From Candidatus Binatus sp. (GTDB lineage: Bacteria > Vulcanimicrobiota > Vulcanimicrobiia > Eremiobacterales > Eremiobacteraceae), in NCBI GenBank assembly GCA_035654355.1, contig DASRXC010000132.1, positions 79 to 64,078 of the forward strand: a stretch of 64,000 nucleotides of DNA, in the 5' to 3' direction. The notes beneath the pieces were generated by a model that saw nothing but the letters and a program-made list of their open reading frames with translations, had not been told where the DNA came from and made no database searches. This document shows positions 1 through 9,614 of the stretch, one piece after another. Position 1 is the stretch's first letter. The number at the start of each line of letters is the position of its first letter. A program made the translations under genes and the position numbers.

Positions 1-176
1 CTGTCAGAAAAACCGAGAACGCTTCGACCGGGCAGCGTGAGCAGCAGCGACCCTTCGGGCAGCGGAATGAAGTCGCTCGTGCGCGCGGGTTCGATCCGGC
101 CTCCGTCGGCCGCGGCGTGCAGGCCCGGATAATCGAGGACGCTGCCGTCAGGCCGTGCGAAGACGGTCGTCAGCAT
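1..176 (-). CDS. hypothetical protein, N-terminal part only (gene runs off the left edge)
   Basis: Absent from the ORF track because no stop lies in the window. ATG at 176-174 opens MLTTVFARPDGSVLDYPGLHAAADGGRIEPARTSDFIPLPEGSLLLTLPGRSVLGFSD, which stays open to base 1. It is co-directional with dapF and overlaps the dapF 3' end by 29 nt in another frame. No family recognised. Confidence 0.4.
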   Translation of the reverse strand, partial: MLTTVFARPDGSVLDYPGLHAAADGGRIEPARTSDFIPLPEGSLLLTLPGRSVLGFSD

Positions 177-1002
177 TCGCTTGCGCCTTGCGCACGCGTT
201 CATCCGCTTCGACCTCCAACTGCGTGTCGAACACGAGATGCGCTGCACCGCTCAAGTACGCCGGTGATGTACCGCCAGCCCACGTCACCGTTACCTCGCC
301 GCCCTTCGTGATAACGCCGACCGGCGAACGCGCGCGTTCGCTGTCAATCGCGACCGCAGCTGCAGCGCAGGCGCCCGTTCCGCACGCCCACGTCTCGCCG
401 ACCCCGCGCTCGTGTACCCGCATGTGCAAGTGGCCGGCGTCCGGACGTACGATCTCGACATTGATGCCCGTCGCGTTGACCGCGCGCGCGATACCTTCGG
501 CCAGTTTTTCAAGAGCGATCGTTTCGAGCGGGCGCTCGACGAACGCGACCGCGTGTGGGTTGCCCATCGAGACCGTGGTTAACGACAGCTGTTGACCGTC
601 GAATTCGAGCTTGCGATCTTGCCGGTCAATGCGTGGCACGCCCATGTCGACACGCACGTTTTCGGGTCCGTCGGCCTCGACGCGCATGATGCCGCTTCCG
701 GTCGCGACCCGCAACGGCCGCGCGTCGCCGCTCTCGCGAGCGATGTAGCGCCACAGGCACCGAATGCCGTTGCCACTCAACTCGGCTTCGCTCCCATCCG
801 CATTGAAGATGCGCATGCGAACGTCAGCGTCACGACTCTGCGGCTCAGAGACGATGAGCATTCCATCGGCCCCAATGCCGTAGCGCCGATCGCACAGCCG
901 TCGAGCAAGCTGTGGATATGGCAACGCGGCGTGCGCCCGCTCATCGAACAACACGAAATCGTTGCCAGCAGCCTGGCACTTCGTGAGTGCGATTATGGGC
1001 AT
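148..1002 (-). CDS. dapF: diaminopimelate epimerase
   Basis: ORF 148..1116 trimmed to the ATG at 1002 (MPIIALTKCQAAGNDFVLFDER), a typical DapF N-terminus. Both catalytic Cys segments are present (SGNGIRC and ACGTGACAAA). The 38-aa Arg-rich upstream extension overlaps hfq and is judged spurious. Confidence 0.9.
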   Translation of the reverse strand: MPIIALTKCQAAGNDFVLFDERAHAALPYPQLARRLCDRRYGIGADGMLIVSEPQSRDADVRMRIFNADGSEAELSGNGIRCLWRYIARESGDARPLRVATGSGIMRVEADGPENVRVDMGVPRIDRQDRKLEFDGQQLSLTTVSMGNPHAVAFVERPLETIALEKLAEGIARAVNATGINVEIVRPDAGHLHMRVHERGVGETWACGTGACAAAAVAIDSERARSPVGVITKGGEVTVTWAGGTSPAYLSGAAHLVFDTQLEVEADERVRKAQANADDRLRTA

Positions 1003-1018
1003 GGTTCGAAGCGGTCGC

Positions 1019-1351
1019 TTAGCCCGAGACGGGGTGCGTCGCGCCGTCGGCGCTCTGCGCGGGCGCGGAATCGCCCGCGTTCGACGCCCGCGGTGCGCTC
1101 GAGTTGCCGCTCGCATGCGCGCTGACGTCGGCGCCGGAGAACTGGACGGGCGCTTGAGGCGACACCGTTGACACCGCGTGCTTATAAACGAGGTGTGGCT
1201 TGTTATCGTACTCGAGGATGATCGTGAAATTATCGAAACCGCGCACGTATCCGCGCAGCTGGAAGCCGTTGCGCAGGTAGATGGTCACCGGCGCGTTCTC
1301 TCGTTTGACGGCAAGCAGGTACGCGTCTTGCAGAGGCAGGTTGCTCTTCAC
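1019..1351 (-). CDS. hfq: RNA chaperone Hfq with an approximately 40-aa Ala/Ser/Gly-rich C-terminal tail
   Basis: Sm-like core NLPLQDAYLLAVKRENAPVTIYLRNGFQLRGYVRGFDNFTIILEYDNKPHLVYKHAVSTV. GTG at 1351-1349 is preceded by GGAGAGAAGAG (RBS). The longer ORF to 1555 overlaps miaA and is rejected. The miaA-hfq order is classical. Confidence 0.9.
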   Translation of the reverse strand: MKSNLPLQDAYLLAVKRENAPVTIYLRNGFQLRGYVRGFDNFTIILEYDNKPHLVYKHAVSTVSPQAPVQFSGADVSAHASGNSSAPRASNAGDSAPAQSADGATHPVSG

Positions 1352-1397
1352 TCTTCTCTCCGATCCCCCCGAGCGTCGAGGAGAACTGCCTAATCGT

Positions 1398-2330
1398 TCA
1401 CGTCGTCCGCGCAAATCCCCTTGCCAGCTGGGCCAGCGCGTGCGGCGTGCGCTCATCGAACGCATCGAGCCGCACTGCGTCCGCGATGCGACGGAACCAC
1501 GTGCGCTGCCGTTTCGCGTACGCTCGCGTGCGCTCGATCGTGCGTGACACCGCATCCGCTCTCGTCGCCGTGCCGTCCGCGTACGAAAGCGCTTCCGCGT
1601 AGCCGATACCCGTCAAGGCCGGCGCATCGCCATGCTCGCGGCGCACCGCGAGGGCTTCTTCGATCAATCCGTGTTCGAACATCGCGTGCACTCGCGAGCT
1701 GATCTGCCCGGCCAGCGCGGCGGGCGCAGCTTCGAGCACCACGACGGTCAAGCGAGCCGGCTCTCCGCGTGCACGACGTCCGCCGTGCTCGGACGGTTCT
1801 TGGATTTCGCCAACGGCCAGCGCTGCCTCGAGCGCGCGTAGCGTGCGGTATCGATCTCCCGGAGAAATGCGCGCGGCCGCGTCGGGCGCGATCGCGAGCA
1901 GCCAATCGCGCAACACTTCCGGCGGGTGCGTAGCAGCCTCGGCGCGCAAGCGCGTGCGCAACTGGTCATCGGCCACGGGCCTGTCCAACGGCATCGTCCC
2001 AGCAAGCGCTTCAATGTAAAGTCCAGTACCGCCGACAAGGATCGGGATCGCCCCGCGCGCGGTGATGCCGGCGATCGTCGCGCGCGCGTCCTCCACGAAG
2101 CGGCCTGCGCTATAGCGCTCCCTCGGCGCGATAGTGCCGTATCCATGATGGGGCGCGCGTGCGAACTGCTTGTCGCTCGGCCAACCGGTGCCGATGCGCA
2201 TGCCCGCGTAGATCTGGCGCGAGTCGGCGTTGACAACCTCGCCGCCCACCTGCTGCGCGAGTAGCGATGCGAGCTCGGATTTTCCGGTCGCCGTTGGGCC
2301 ACACAGCGCGAGCGCGCGCAGTGCGTTCAC
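1398..2330 (-). CDS. miaA: tRNA dimethylallyltransferase
   Basis: P-loop GPTATGKS, then VVNADSRQIYAGMRIGTG and the rest of the IPPT family pattern. Sits between mutL and hfq as in many bacteria. Confidence 0.92.
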   Translation of the reverse strand: MNALRALALCGPTATGKSELASLLAQQVGGEVVNADSRQIYAGMRIGTGWPSDKQFARAPHHGYGTIAPRERYSAGRFVEDARATIAGITARGAIPILVGGTGLYIEALAGTMPLDRPVADDQLRTRLRAEAATHPPEVLRDWLLAIAPDAAARISPGDRYRTLRALEAALAVGEIQEPSEHGGRRARGEPARLTVVVLEAAPAALAGQISSRVHAMFEHGLIEEALAVRREHGDAPALTGIGYAEALSYADGTATRADAVSRTIERTRAYAKRQRTWFRRIADAVRLDAFDERTPHALAQLARGFARTT

Positions 2331-2334
2331 GCGA

Positions 2335-4029
2335 TCAGGCGCGGCCGAACGCCCTTGCCAGCGACGCGGCGTCTAGCCGCAGCATCGTCGGACGTCCGTG
2401 CGGGCACGTGTGTGGATCAGCGCAGCGTTGCAACCGTTCATAGAGGGCGGATTGCTCTTGCAGCGACAGCGTCTCGTGCGCGCGCACGACGGAGTGGCAG
2501 GCGATCGTCGCGAGCAGGCGGTTGCGGTGGGCGATCCCTTCACGTGCGGCGTCATCGGCCGCAAGATCGTCGAGAATGCCGGCAAGATCGAAACGCCGTT
2601 TGTCATAACCGGCAGGCAACGCGCTGATGCGAAATGCGCCCTCACCGAACGGTTCGATCGCGACGCCAGCGGCTGCCAGCTCATCAAGATGATCGTATAG
2701 TACCGCGGCTTGCGCGTCCGTGAGCTCGACGATCGTCGGGAACAGCAGCGGCGCGCTCGCATCCGAATCACCCGCGTGCTCGACGATCGCCTCGAACGCG
2801 ACGCGTTCGTGAGCGGCGTGCTGATCGATGATGAACAAACCGTCCGCGTCGCCGGCGACGATGAACGTGCGATCGATCTGCCCGTACATGCGCACGCCGG
2901 CGCCTTCCGCCGGAGGAATCGCAGGAATCGCGTTGCCGGCAGGTCCGAAGGAGAGTGCCGCCCAGCTCTCGCTTGCCTTGCCCGCCGCGATCGTGGGTGC
3001 GAACGCGACGGCCGGCGCCGGACGCGCAGTCTCGGTGAGGCGCAGCGTACGCGCCACCGCGGTGCGCACGGCATCGAAGACCTCGTGCCCACGCGCGAAA
3101 CGGACCTCGATCTTCGTGGGGTGGACGTTGACGTCGACGTCCTCGGCCGGCAGCTCCAGCGCAAGCATCCCGAACGGGTACCTGCCGGTCGTGCCGAACG
3201 AGCCGGATCCGGCGAGCCACGCGGCGCCGAGCTGAGCGTTGCGGATCAGACGGCCGTTGACGAAGAAAACTTGCGAGTCGCGATTCGGCTTGTCGTGACC
3301 AGGAGCGCTGACGTAGCCCGTCACGACGAGGCGCGCGGGAGCGCCGTCCGAGGTGAGTTCGCGCAACGCGCCGCGCGTACCATCGCCGAACACCATTTCG
3401 AGGCGCTCGACGCCGTCATGCACGGCCGGCAGCGCCCACACGTCTTTGCCGTCATGCGTGAGCCGGAACGCGACTTCCGGCCACCCGAGCGAAAGGCGGC
3501 CCAAGAATGCGCTGATGCGCGCGAATTCGGCGCGCGTACTTTTCATGAACTCGCGGCGCGCCGGCATATTCGCGAACAGGTCGCGTACGATGACCTTTGT
3601 GCCGGGCCGCGCTGCGCACGCGACCGCTTCGCCGATGCGGATGCCGTCGGCATCGATACGCGCACCGAGCTCCGCCCCCGCCGGTCGTGACGTCAGCTCA
3701 ACGCTGCCGGCCGCGGCGATGCTCGCCAATCCTTCACCGCGAAAGCCGAGCGTCTCGACTGCGAACAAGTCGCCGGCGCCAGACAACTTGCTGGTCGCGT
3801 GGCGGGCAAACGCGAGCGCGAGGTCCTCGCGCGCGATGCCCGCACCGTTGTCGGACACGCTGATGGACGTGCGGCCGCCATCGAGGACGTCGACCGCGAT
3901 GGAGGACGCGCCGGCGTCGAGGCTGTTCTCGACGAGCTCCTTGACGACGGAGACGGGGCGCTCGATGACTTCACCGGCCGCGATCTGAGCGATCGTGTCC
4001 GGATCGAGCTGCTTGATGCGCGCGGGCAT
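2335..4029 (-). CDS. mutL: DNA mismatch repair protein MutL
   Basis: N-terminal GHKL ATPase signature IAAGEVIERPVSVVKELVENSLDAG...DNGAGI. The C-terminal dimerisation domain carries an endonuclease-type DQHAAHERV motif. Confidence 0.95.
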   Translation of the reverse strand: MPARIKQLDPDTIAQIAAGEVIERPVSVVKELVENSLDAGASSIAVDVLDGGRTSISVSDNGAGIAREDLALAFARHATSKLSGAGDLFAVETLGFRGEGLASIAAAGSVELTSRPAGAELGARIDADGIRIGEAVACAARPGTKVIVRDLFANMPARREFMKSTRAEFARISAFLGRLSLGWPEVAFRLTHDGKDVWALPAVHDGVERLEMVFGDGTRGALRELTSDGAPARLVVTGYVSAPGHDKPNRDSQVFFVNGRLIRNAQLGAAWLAGSGSFGTTGRYPFGMLALELPAEDVDVNVHPTKIEVRFARGHEVFDAVRTAVARTLRLTETARPAPAVAFAPTIAAGKASESWAALSFGPAGNAIPAIPPAEGAGVRMYGQIDRTFIVAGDADGLFIIDQHAAHERVAFEAIVEHAGDSDASAPLLFPTIVELTDAQAAVLYDHLDELAAAGVAIEPFGEGAFRISALPAGYDKRRFDLAGILDDLAADDAAREGIAHRNRLLATIACHSVVRAHETLSLQEQSALYERLQRCADPHTCPHGRPTMLRLDAASLARAFGRA

Positions 4030-4089
4030 GCGCGCGCGTTCGCCTTGCGGCCGTTGGGTTCCCAGCGCGTCGGGCGTTCGTGCCCGGCG

Positions 4090-5613
4090 TTACATGCGGA
4101 CTGGAAGCGTCTCGCGCGTCGCCAGCTTGACGTTGTTGCGGCCGGCCTGTTTGGCGGCGTACAGCGCCGAGTCGGCCGCTTTGACAAGCTGCTGTTTGGT
4201 CGACACGTCTTGCGGATAGCCGGCGACGCCGATCGACACGGTGATCTTCGCAGTCGTCGTCTCCAGCGTGAAGTCGTTCTGCTCGATCGCCTGACGCAGG
4301 CGGCCGGCCACCATGGCGGCCTCAGCTTTGATCGTCTCCGGCATCAACACGACGAATTCGTCGCCACCGTAACGGCAGCAGATGTCGATCTTGCGCGCGT
4401 GCATGCGGATGACATCGCCCAGCTGGCGCAGCAACTCGTCGCCCTGCGGATGGCCGTACGTGTCGTTGACATGCTTGAAGAAGTCGACGTCGAGGATGAG
4501 CAGCGCCAACGATTGCTTCGTGAGCTGCGCCTTGCGGAATTCGGCTTCGAGGCGCTCTTGGTACGCGCGATTTGTCAGAAGGCCGGTCATCGAGTCCGTC
4601 TCGGCCAACTCAAGCGTCTTGCTATGCAGCCGCGCGTTTTGAATGCCGACCGACGCGAGCCGGACGAGGCGGTCGACAAGCCGCTGCTGTTCGAACGTGA
4701 ACGCCCCAATCTTTGGCGCGATCAGCATGACGGCGCCGATGGTCAACCGTTCGCTGACGATCGGAACTACGAGGCAGCCGTGCGCCGCTTTGGGACGCGG
4801 CAGCGACGATTCGCGATAATCTTTTTGAATGTCGGCGACGATCAGCGCACGCTGCTCGGCCGCTGCGAAGCCGACGACGCCCTCACCGAAACGCAGCTTG
4901 CTGCCGCGATAGAAGTCGGCGTACGCGCCCTCGACCGCTTCTTCGACGAGCACTTCATCCTGAGCTTCGTCATCAGTGCGCGTGATGTAGATGACGACGT
5001 TGCTCCAAGGCACCGACTCGCGGAATTCGCGCAGCATCACCACGAGCTGAATGAGCGCCTCGCTTAGCGTCACCTTCGTGCCGAGGTCGGAGCCGGCATC
5101 GAGCACGCGCATGATCGCGCGGGTCTGCTGCTCGGCGCGCTTCCGGCCTAACAAGCCGTGCGCAGCAGCAAGGAAGGGGATCAACGGCAAGGCGACCGCG
5201 TAGCCGATGATGAGCAGCATGTCGACGGGCTGTCCGGCTGCGTCGGTCGGATGACCGAAGTAGATCGCGAACGTCAAGCAACCGGCGGACAACAGCACGA
5301 ATGCGATTGCTGCGATATCCGAGAGCGTGGCGGCATCAAGGCCGATGATCAGCGCAAGCGAGCTCACGCCAGAGAACCAGCCGACCGCCGTCAGCGCTGC
5401 GACATCGAGCAGCGTGATCAGCCCGGCCGAAAGCTCGGGCAAGTCGTCTTTCTTATCTTGTGTTTTCTTCGAAAGCCGTGGAGAGGCGGCGAGTGCTGTG
5501 GCGACGAGCGCGTAACCGAACAGCGCTGCGTCGAGCCACAGCGGCGCCGGTAGGCCAATCGGTGCGAGTGCCACTTGTGCGACCGCCAGCCAGCGGGCGG
5601 CGGCGACGATCAT
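4090..5613 (-). CDS. membrane-anchored GAF-GGDEF diguanylate cyclase
   Basis: Multi-helix hydrophobic N-terminus, a GAF-like middle section, and a C-terminal GGDEF domain with an intact RYGGDEF motif and the DxLTGLxNR lead-in (DSMTGLLTNR). Confidence 0.9.
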   Translation of the reverse strand: MIVAAARWLAVAQVALAPIGLPAPLWLDAALFGYALVATALAASPRLSKKTQDKKDDLPELSAGLITLLDVAALTAVGWFSGVSSLALIIGLDAATLSDIAAIAFVLLSAGCLTFAIYFGHPTDAAGQPVDMLLIIGYAVALPLIPFLAAAHGLLGRKRAEQQTRAIMRVLDAGSDLGTKVTLSEALIQLVVMLREFRESVPWSNVVIYITRTDDEAQDEVLVEEAVEGAYADFYRGSKLRFGEGVVGFAAAEQRALIVADIQKDYRESSLPRPKAAHGCLVVPIVSERLTIGAVMLIAPKIGAFTFEQQRLVDRLVRLASVGIQNARLHSKTLELAETDSMTGLLTNRAYQERLEAEFRKAQLTKQSLALLILDVDFFKHVNDTYGHPQGDELLRQLGDVIRMHARKIDICCRYGGDEFVVLMPETIKAEAAMVAGRLRQAIEQNDFTLETTTAKITVSIGVAGYPQDVSTKQQLVKAADSALYAAKQAGRNNVKLATRETLPVRM

Positions 5614-5666
5614 AGGATACGAAACTGTACGAAGTATGTGCCTTGTGCTCCACGGCTCGGCCGGAA

Positions 5667-8246
5667 CTATTCGACCGGGTCGACATCCAGCGCAAGCTGG
5701 GCTTCCTGGCGGCCTGAGGCACGTCGGCGAACGGGCGCCGGCGGGGGTCCCGGCCTCCTTTCAATATCATCGGCAATTTCTTGGGCGCGCTGCACCACCT
5801 CAGGCGGAAGGCCCGCCATCTTGGCGACGGCGATCCCGTACGAACGGTTGCTCGACCCGCGCAGCAGGCGATGCGAGAATACCGGGCCGCCAGGTTCATC
5901 GGCCACCGCGACGTGCAAGTTTTCGACCGTTGGGAAGCGCTCTGAAAGCCGGACTAATTCGTGGAAGTGCGTCGCGAACAGCACCATCGGCATGGCGCCC
6001 TCGCCGCCAAGCAGATACTCGCTGACCGCTTGAGCGATAGCGAGGCCGTCCGTGGTTCCGGTGCCGCGACCGACTTCGTCGATCAGCAGCAAACTTGCCG
6101 GCGTGCAGCCGCGCAGCACGAGCGCCATCTCGGCCATCTCGACATAGAAGGTCGAACGCCCGGCGGCGATGTCATCGCCGGCGCCGATGCGCGTGAAGAG
6201 CCGCTCGACGATTCCCATGCGCGCGCGAGCCGCGGGCACGAACGATCCCATCTGCGCCATGATCGCGAGCAGCGCGGTCTGACGCAGGTACGTCGATTTG
6301 CCGCCCATGTTGGGACCCGTTATCAAAAGGAAGCGTCGCGTCTGATCGAGCCGGCAATCGTTGGGAACGAAGTCGACGCCGCCATACGCTTCGACGATCG
6401 GATGCCGGCCGGCATCGACGTCGATCTCGCTTGTCGTCAGCATCTGCGGGCGGACGTAGCCACGTTCGCCGGCGACCTGCGCAAGCGACGCATAGACGTC
6501 GAGCTGTGCGACGCATTCAGCGAGTTCGAGCAACGCCTCGCGCCGTCCGTCGACCTGGGCGAGCAGTTCGTCGAAGAGCTCGCGTTCGAGGGCGATTTGG
6601 CGCGAGCGCGCTGACACGATCTCGGCCTCAAGCGCACGCAGATCCGCGTCGGTGAAACGCTCTGCGTTCACGAGCGTTTGACGGCGGATGAAATCGGATG
6701 GCACCGCACCGGAGTTCGCGCGCGTGACTTCGTAATAGTAGCCGAACGCCTGCGTGTATTTAACCTTTAGCGACTTGATGCCGGTGCGCGTGCGAGTGCG
6801 TTCTTCGAGCGCGAGCAAATGGTCGCGGCTGCGCGTGCGCATGTCGACGAGGGCACGCAGATCGGCATTGTGGTCGGGCCGGATCGCGCCGCCATCGGTC
6901 AACAAGGCAGGCGGATCGTCGGTGAGCGCCGCGTGTAAGGTCGTGAGCAACGCGTGAGCCGTTTCGGATGGTGCGCCAAGACGAGACAGTTCGGCGTCGG
7001 TACTTTCAGCCGCGGCCTCGCACACGCGCTGGTGTGCGTGTAGCGACTCGCGAAGCGCCGCGAGGTCGCGCGGGCCGGCGCGCCGCGAATTGACTTTTTG
7101 CACGATCCGCTCGATGTCGCCGATCTGCGCTAGGCAGCCTTGCAGCGCCGACCGCCAGGACGGCGCCGATGCGAACGACTCGACCCGATCGTGGCGCGCG
7201 GCGATCGCGATCGCGTCGACGAGCGGCGCGCACAGCCAGCGCGCGAGCATGCGCCCGCCCATGGGTGTCTTCGTGCGAGCCAACACGTTGAGCAGCGAGG
7301 CGCGTGAGTTCTCACCGGCCCCGCTAAGCAGGTCGAGATGGCGACGCGTGGCCGGATCGACGAGCATCGCCGACCGCGTCGAACGCGCCTGCGCGCGACG
7401 GACGACGGCCGCGCCGTCGAGGCGCAGATAGTTCAGATAGCTCGCGAGCAACTCAAGCGCAGCCTTCGCTGCCGAGCGCTCCTCAGCCGAGAATCTGGCG
7501 AGCGCCGCAATCGACGAGACCGCGTCCGCTGCCCCGTTGCCGGCAGCGGGTGCCTGATCAACGGCGTCGCTGTCAAATGATGCGATGCGGCAGGCGTCGC
7601 CGGCTAACGCGCTCAGTCGTCCGATGTCCTCATCGCTTTCGACGATGATCTCGGCGGGCGCCGCGCGGTCAAGCTCTGCGGCAAGTTCGTCGTCACCATC
7701 CGCGATCGCAACCGAAGTCTCGCCGGTCGAGACGTCGGCGCTCGCAATCGCAGTGTGACCGCCCGCTGCGGCCAACACGGCCAGGTAGTTGTTGCGCTCG
7801 GCCGCGAGCAGATGGTCTTCGAGCACGGTCCCAGGCGTGATAACGCGGATGATCTCGCGGCGCACGAGACGGTTAGGCGCCGGCGGTTCCATCTGTTCGG
7901 CGATCGCGATCACGCGCTGTTGTCTGATGAGCCTGCCGAGATAGTGATCGAGGTTGTGGTGCGGAACGCCGGCCATCGCCACGCGTTTGCCCTTGCCCGC
8001 TTCTTTGGAAGTGAGCACGATGCGGACTGAAGCCGCCAGATCTTCCGCGTCGTCGCCATACGCTTCGTAGAAATCGCCGACGCGCATGAGCAGCAGCGCT
8101 TCAGCGTACTTCGTCTTGAGCTCGAGATATTGCGCGATGAGGGGTGAGCTGATCGTGCCGTCGGCTGGCACGATCGCGGGCCGCTCGTTCTGAGGACGGC
8201 TGCCGTCTTCGTGAGGCGCGCGCGCGCCGCTCGCGCTTTTGCGCAC
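5667..8246 (-). CDS. mutS: DNA mismatch repair protein MutS
   Basis: PLIAQYLELKTKYAEALLLMRVGDFYE mismatch-binding N-terminus, Walker A GPNMGGKST, and a DEVGRGT Walker B region. 859 aa. Confidence 0.95.
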   Translation of the reverse strand: MRKSASGARAPHEDGSRPQNERPAIVPADGTISSPLIAQYLELKTKYAEALLLMRVGDFYEAYGDDAEDLAASVRIVLTSKEAGKGKRVAMAGVPHHNLDHYLGRLIRQQRVIAIAEQMEPPAPNRLVRREIIRVITPGTVLEDHLLAAERNNYLAVLAAAGGHTAIASADVSTGETSVAIADGDDELAAELDRAAPAEIIVESDEDIGRLSALAGDACRIASFDSDAVDQAPAAGNGAADAVSSIAALARFSAEERSAAKAALELLASYLNYLRLDGAAVVRRAQARSTRSAMLVDPATRRHLDLLSGAGENSRASLLNVLARTKTPMGGRMLARWLCAPLVDAIAIAARHDRVESFASAPSWRSALQGCLAQIGDIERIVQKVNSRRAGPRDLAALRESLHAHQRVCEAAAESTDAELSRLGAPSETAHALLTTLHAALTDDPPALLTDGGAIRPDHNADLRALVDMRTRSRDHLLALEERTRTRTGIKSLKVKYTQAFGYYYEVTRANSGAVPSDFIRRQTLVNAERFTDADLRALEAEIVSARSRQIALERELFDELLAQVDGRREALLELAECVAQLDVYASLAQVAGERGYVRPQMLTTSEIDVDAGRHPIVEAYGGVDFVPNDCRLDQTRRFLLITGPNMGGKSTYLRQTALLAIMAQMGSFVPAARARMGIVERLFTRIGAGDDIAAGRSTFYVEMAEMALVLRGCTPASLLLIDEVGRGTGTTDGLAIAQAVSEYLLGGEGAMPMVLFATHFHELVRLSERFPTVENLHVAVADEPGGPVFSHRLLRGSSNRSYGIAVAKMAGLPPEVVQRAQEIADDIERRPGPPPAPVRRRASGRQEAQLALDVDPVE

Positions 8247-8252
8247 CGGCGT

Positions 8253-9587
8253 CTACGCGCTCTGCGCAGCCATCGTGCCGGATAACCCCCACGAAAACGC
8301 TTGCTCGACGGCGACATCGACGACCGGCGCGAACTTCGTGCACTCGTCGCGCGGATAGATGACGGTCGTGTTGTGGCCGGTCTTGCCCGCCATCTTCGTC
8401 GCGTCTTTCTTCGAGGGTCCTTGCGCGAGCACGCGCACCGTCTCGCCGAGGAATGATTCGTTGAAGCGTCGCGTCACCTCCAGCTGCGCGGTGTTGACCG
8501 CCTGCAAGCGCCGGATCTTCTCCTCGGGCGGCACTTGCGGTTCCATCGTCGCAGCCGGCGTGCCGGCGCGCGGCGAGAACGCGAAGATGAAAGCGTATTC
8601 GAACGTGCCGCGCTGCACGAGCTCGAGCGTCTTGAGGAAATCCGCTTCGCTTTCGGTCGGGTAGCCGACGATGAGGTCAGTGGTCAGCGCCCAGCGCGGC
8701 AGACGCTCGCGGAAATAAGCGATCTTGTCCAGATACTCGTCGATGGTGTACAAACGCGCCATCGTTTTGAGCACGGAGTCGCTGGCGCACTGCACCGGAA
8801 GATGGAGCCGCGGCTCGACGTTGCGCAGCTGCGCAAGCGCATCGACGACGCGCGGTCCGAAGTCTTTCGGGTGGGAGGTGAGAAACGTCAACCGCTCGAG
8901 CCCCTCGATCTCACCGATTCGCAGCAGCAGTCCGGCGAAATCGAGCTGCTCCGGCTCCCAGTAATACGAGTTCACGTTTTGCCCGAGCAGCGTGATCTCT
9001 TTTGCGCCGCAGCGGATCTCCCGTTTGACCTGCGAGATGATCTCGATCGGGTCGATGCTCTCGAGCGGACCGCGCGTGTACGGCACGATGCAATACGTGC
9101 AGAACTTCTCGCAGCCACGCGTGATATTCACCAGCGCGCGCAGATGCGCGAATTCGGCCGCGCCGTCGTGGCCGGGGTTATCCTCAACCGACGGCATGAC
9201 GAAATCAGTCTGCGGCGGCGGCGCGTCGGTCGGGACTCCCCACGATCCGAGGAGCGCTTTGAACTGGTTGTATTCGCGCGGACCGAGCAGCGCGTCGATG
9301 TGCGGCGCTTTCTTGCGCATGATGTCGCGGTCTTTTTGCGCGAGACAGCCTGCGACCAGCAGCTTTTGATGCGGATGCTGCTCTTTGATCGGCTTGAGCG
9401 CCCCGAGCCTTCCGTACACACGCGTTTCGGCCTTCTCGCGGATCGCGCACGTGTTGACGATGATGATGTCCGCCTCGTCAGGCCGGTTCGTGAACGTGCA
9501 TCCAAGCGACCACGCTTGGTGGGCGAGGCCGTTGGAATCGGCCGCGTTCATCTGGCAGCCGAACGTCTGGAGATAGACCGAAGGCAT
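8253..9587 (-). CDS. miaB: tRNA-i6A37 methylthiotransferase (MiaB family)
   Basis: N-terminal YLQTFGCQMN UPF0004 domain, radical-SAM CEKFCTYC (CxxxCxxC), and a C-terminal TRAM-like segment. Confidence 0.92.
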   Translation of the reverse strand: MPSVYLQTFGCQMNAADSNGLAHQAWSLGCTFTNRPDEADIIIVNTCAIREKAETRVYGRLGALKPIKEQHPHQKLLVAGCLAQKDRDIMRKKAPHIDALLGPREYNQFKALLGSWGVPTDAPPPQTDFVMPSVEDNPGHDGAAEFAHLRALVNITRGCEKFCTYCIVPYTRGPLESIDPIEIISQVKREIRCGAKEITLLGQNVNSYYWEPEQLDFAGLLLRIGEIEGLERLTFLTSHPKDFGPRVVDALAQLRNVEPRLHLPVQCASDSVLKTMARLYTIDEYLDKIAYFRERLPRWALTTDLIVGYPTESEADFLKTLELVQRGTFEYAFIFAFSPRAGTPAATMEPQVPPEEKIRRLQAVNTAQLEVTRRFNESFLGETVRVLAQGPSKKDATKMAGKTGHNTTVIYPRDECTKFAPVVDVAVEQAFSWGLSGTMAAQSA

Positions 9588-9614
9588 GGCGTCGGCGCTT
9601 CGCGCCTCTCTGCG

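Noticed and set aside
1352-1555. N-terminal 68-aa extension of the hfq ORF
   Set aside because: It overlaps the miaA 3' end and is Arg/Ser-rich. A GTG with a good RBS sits exactly at the usual distance before the Sm core.
3799-5067. 422-aa plus-strand ORF
   Set aside because: Antisense to mutL and the GGDEF cyclase. Low-complexity Arg/Leu/Asp-rich translation with no recognisable domain.
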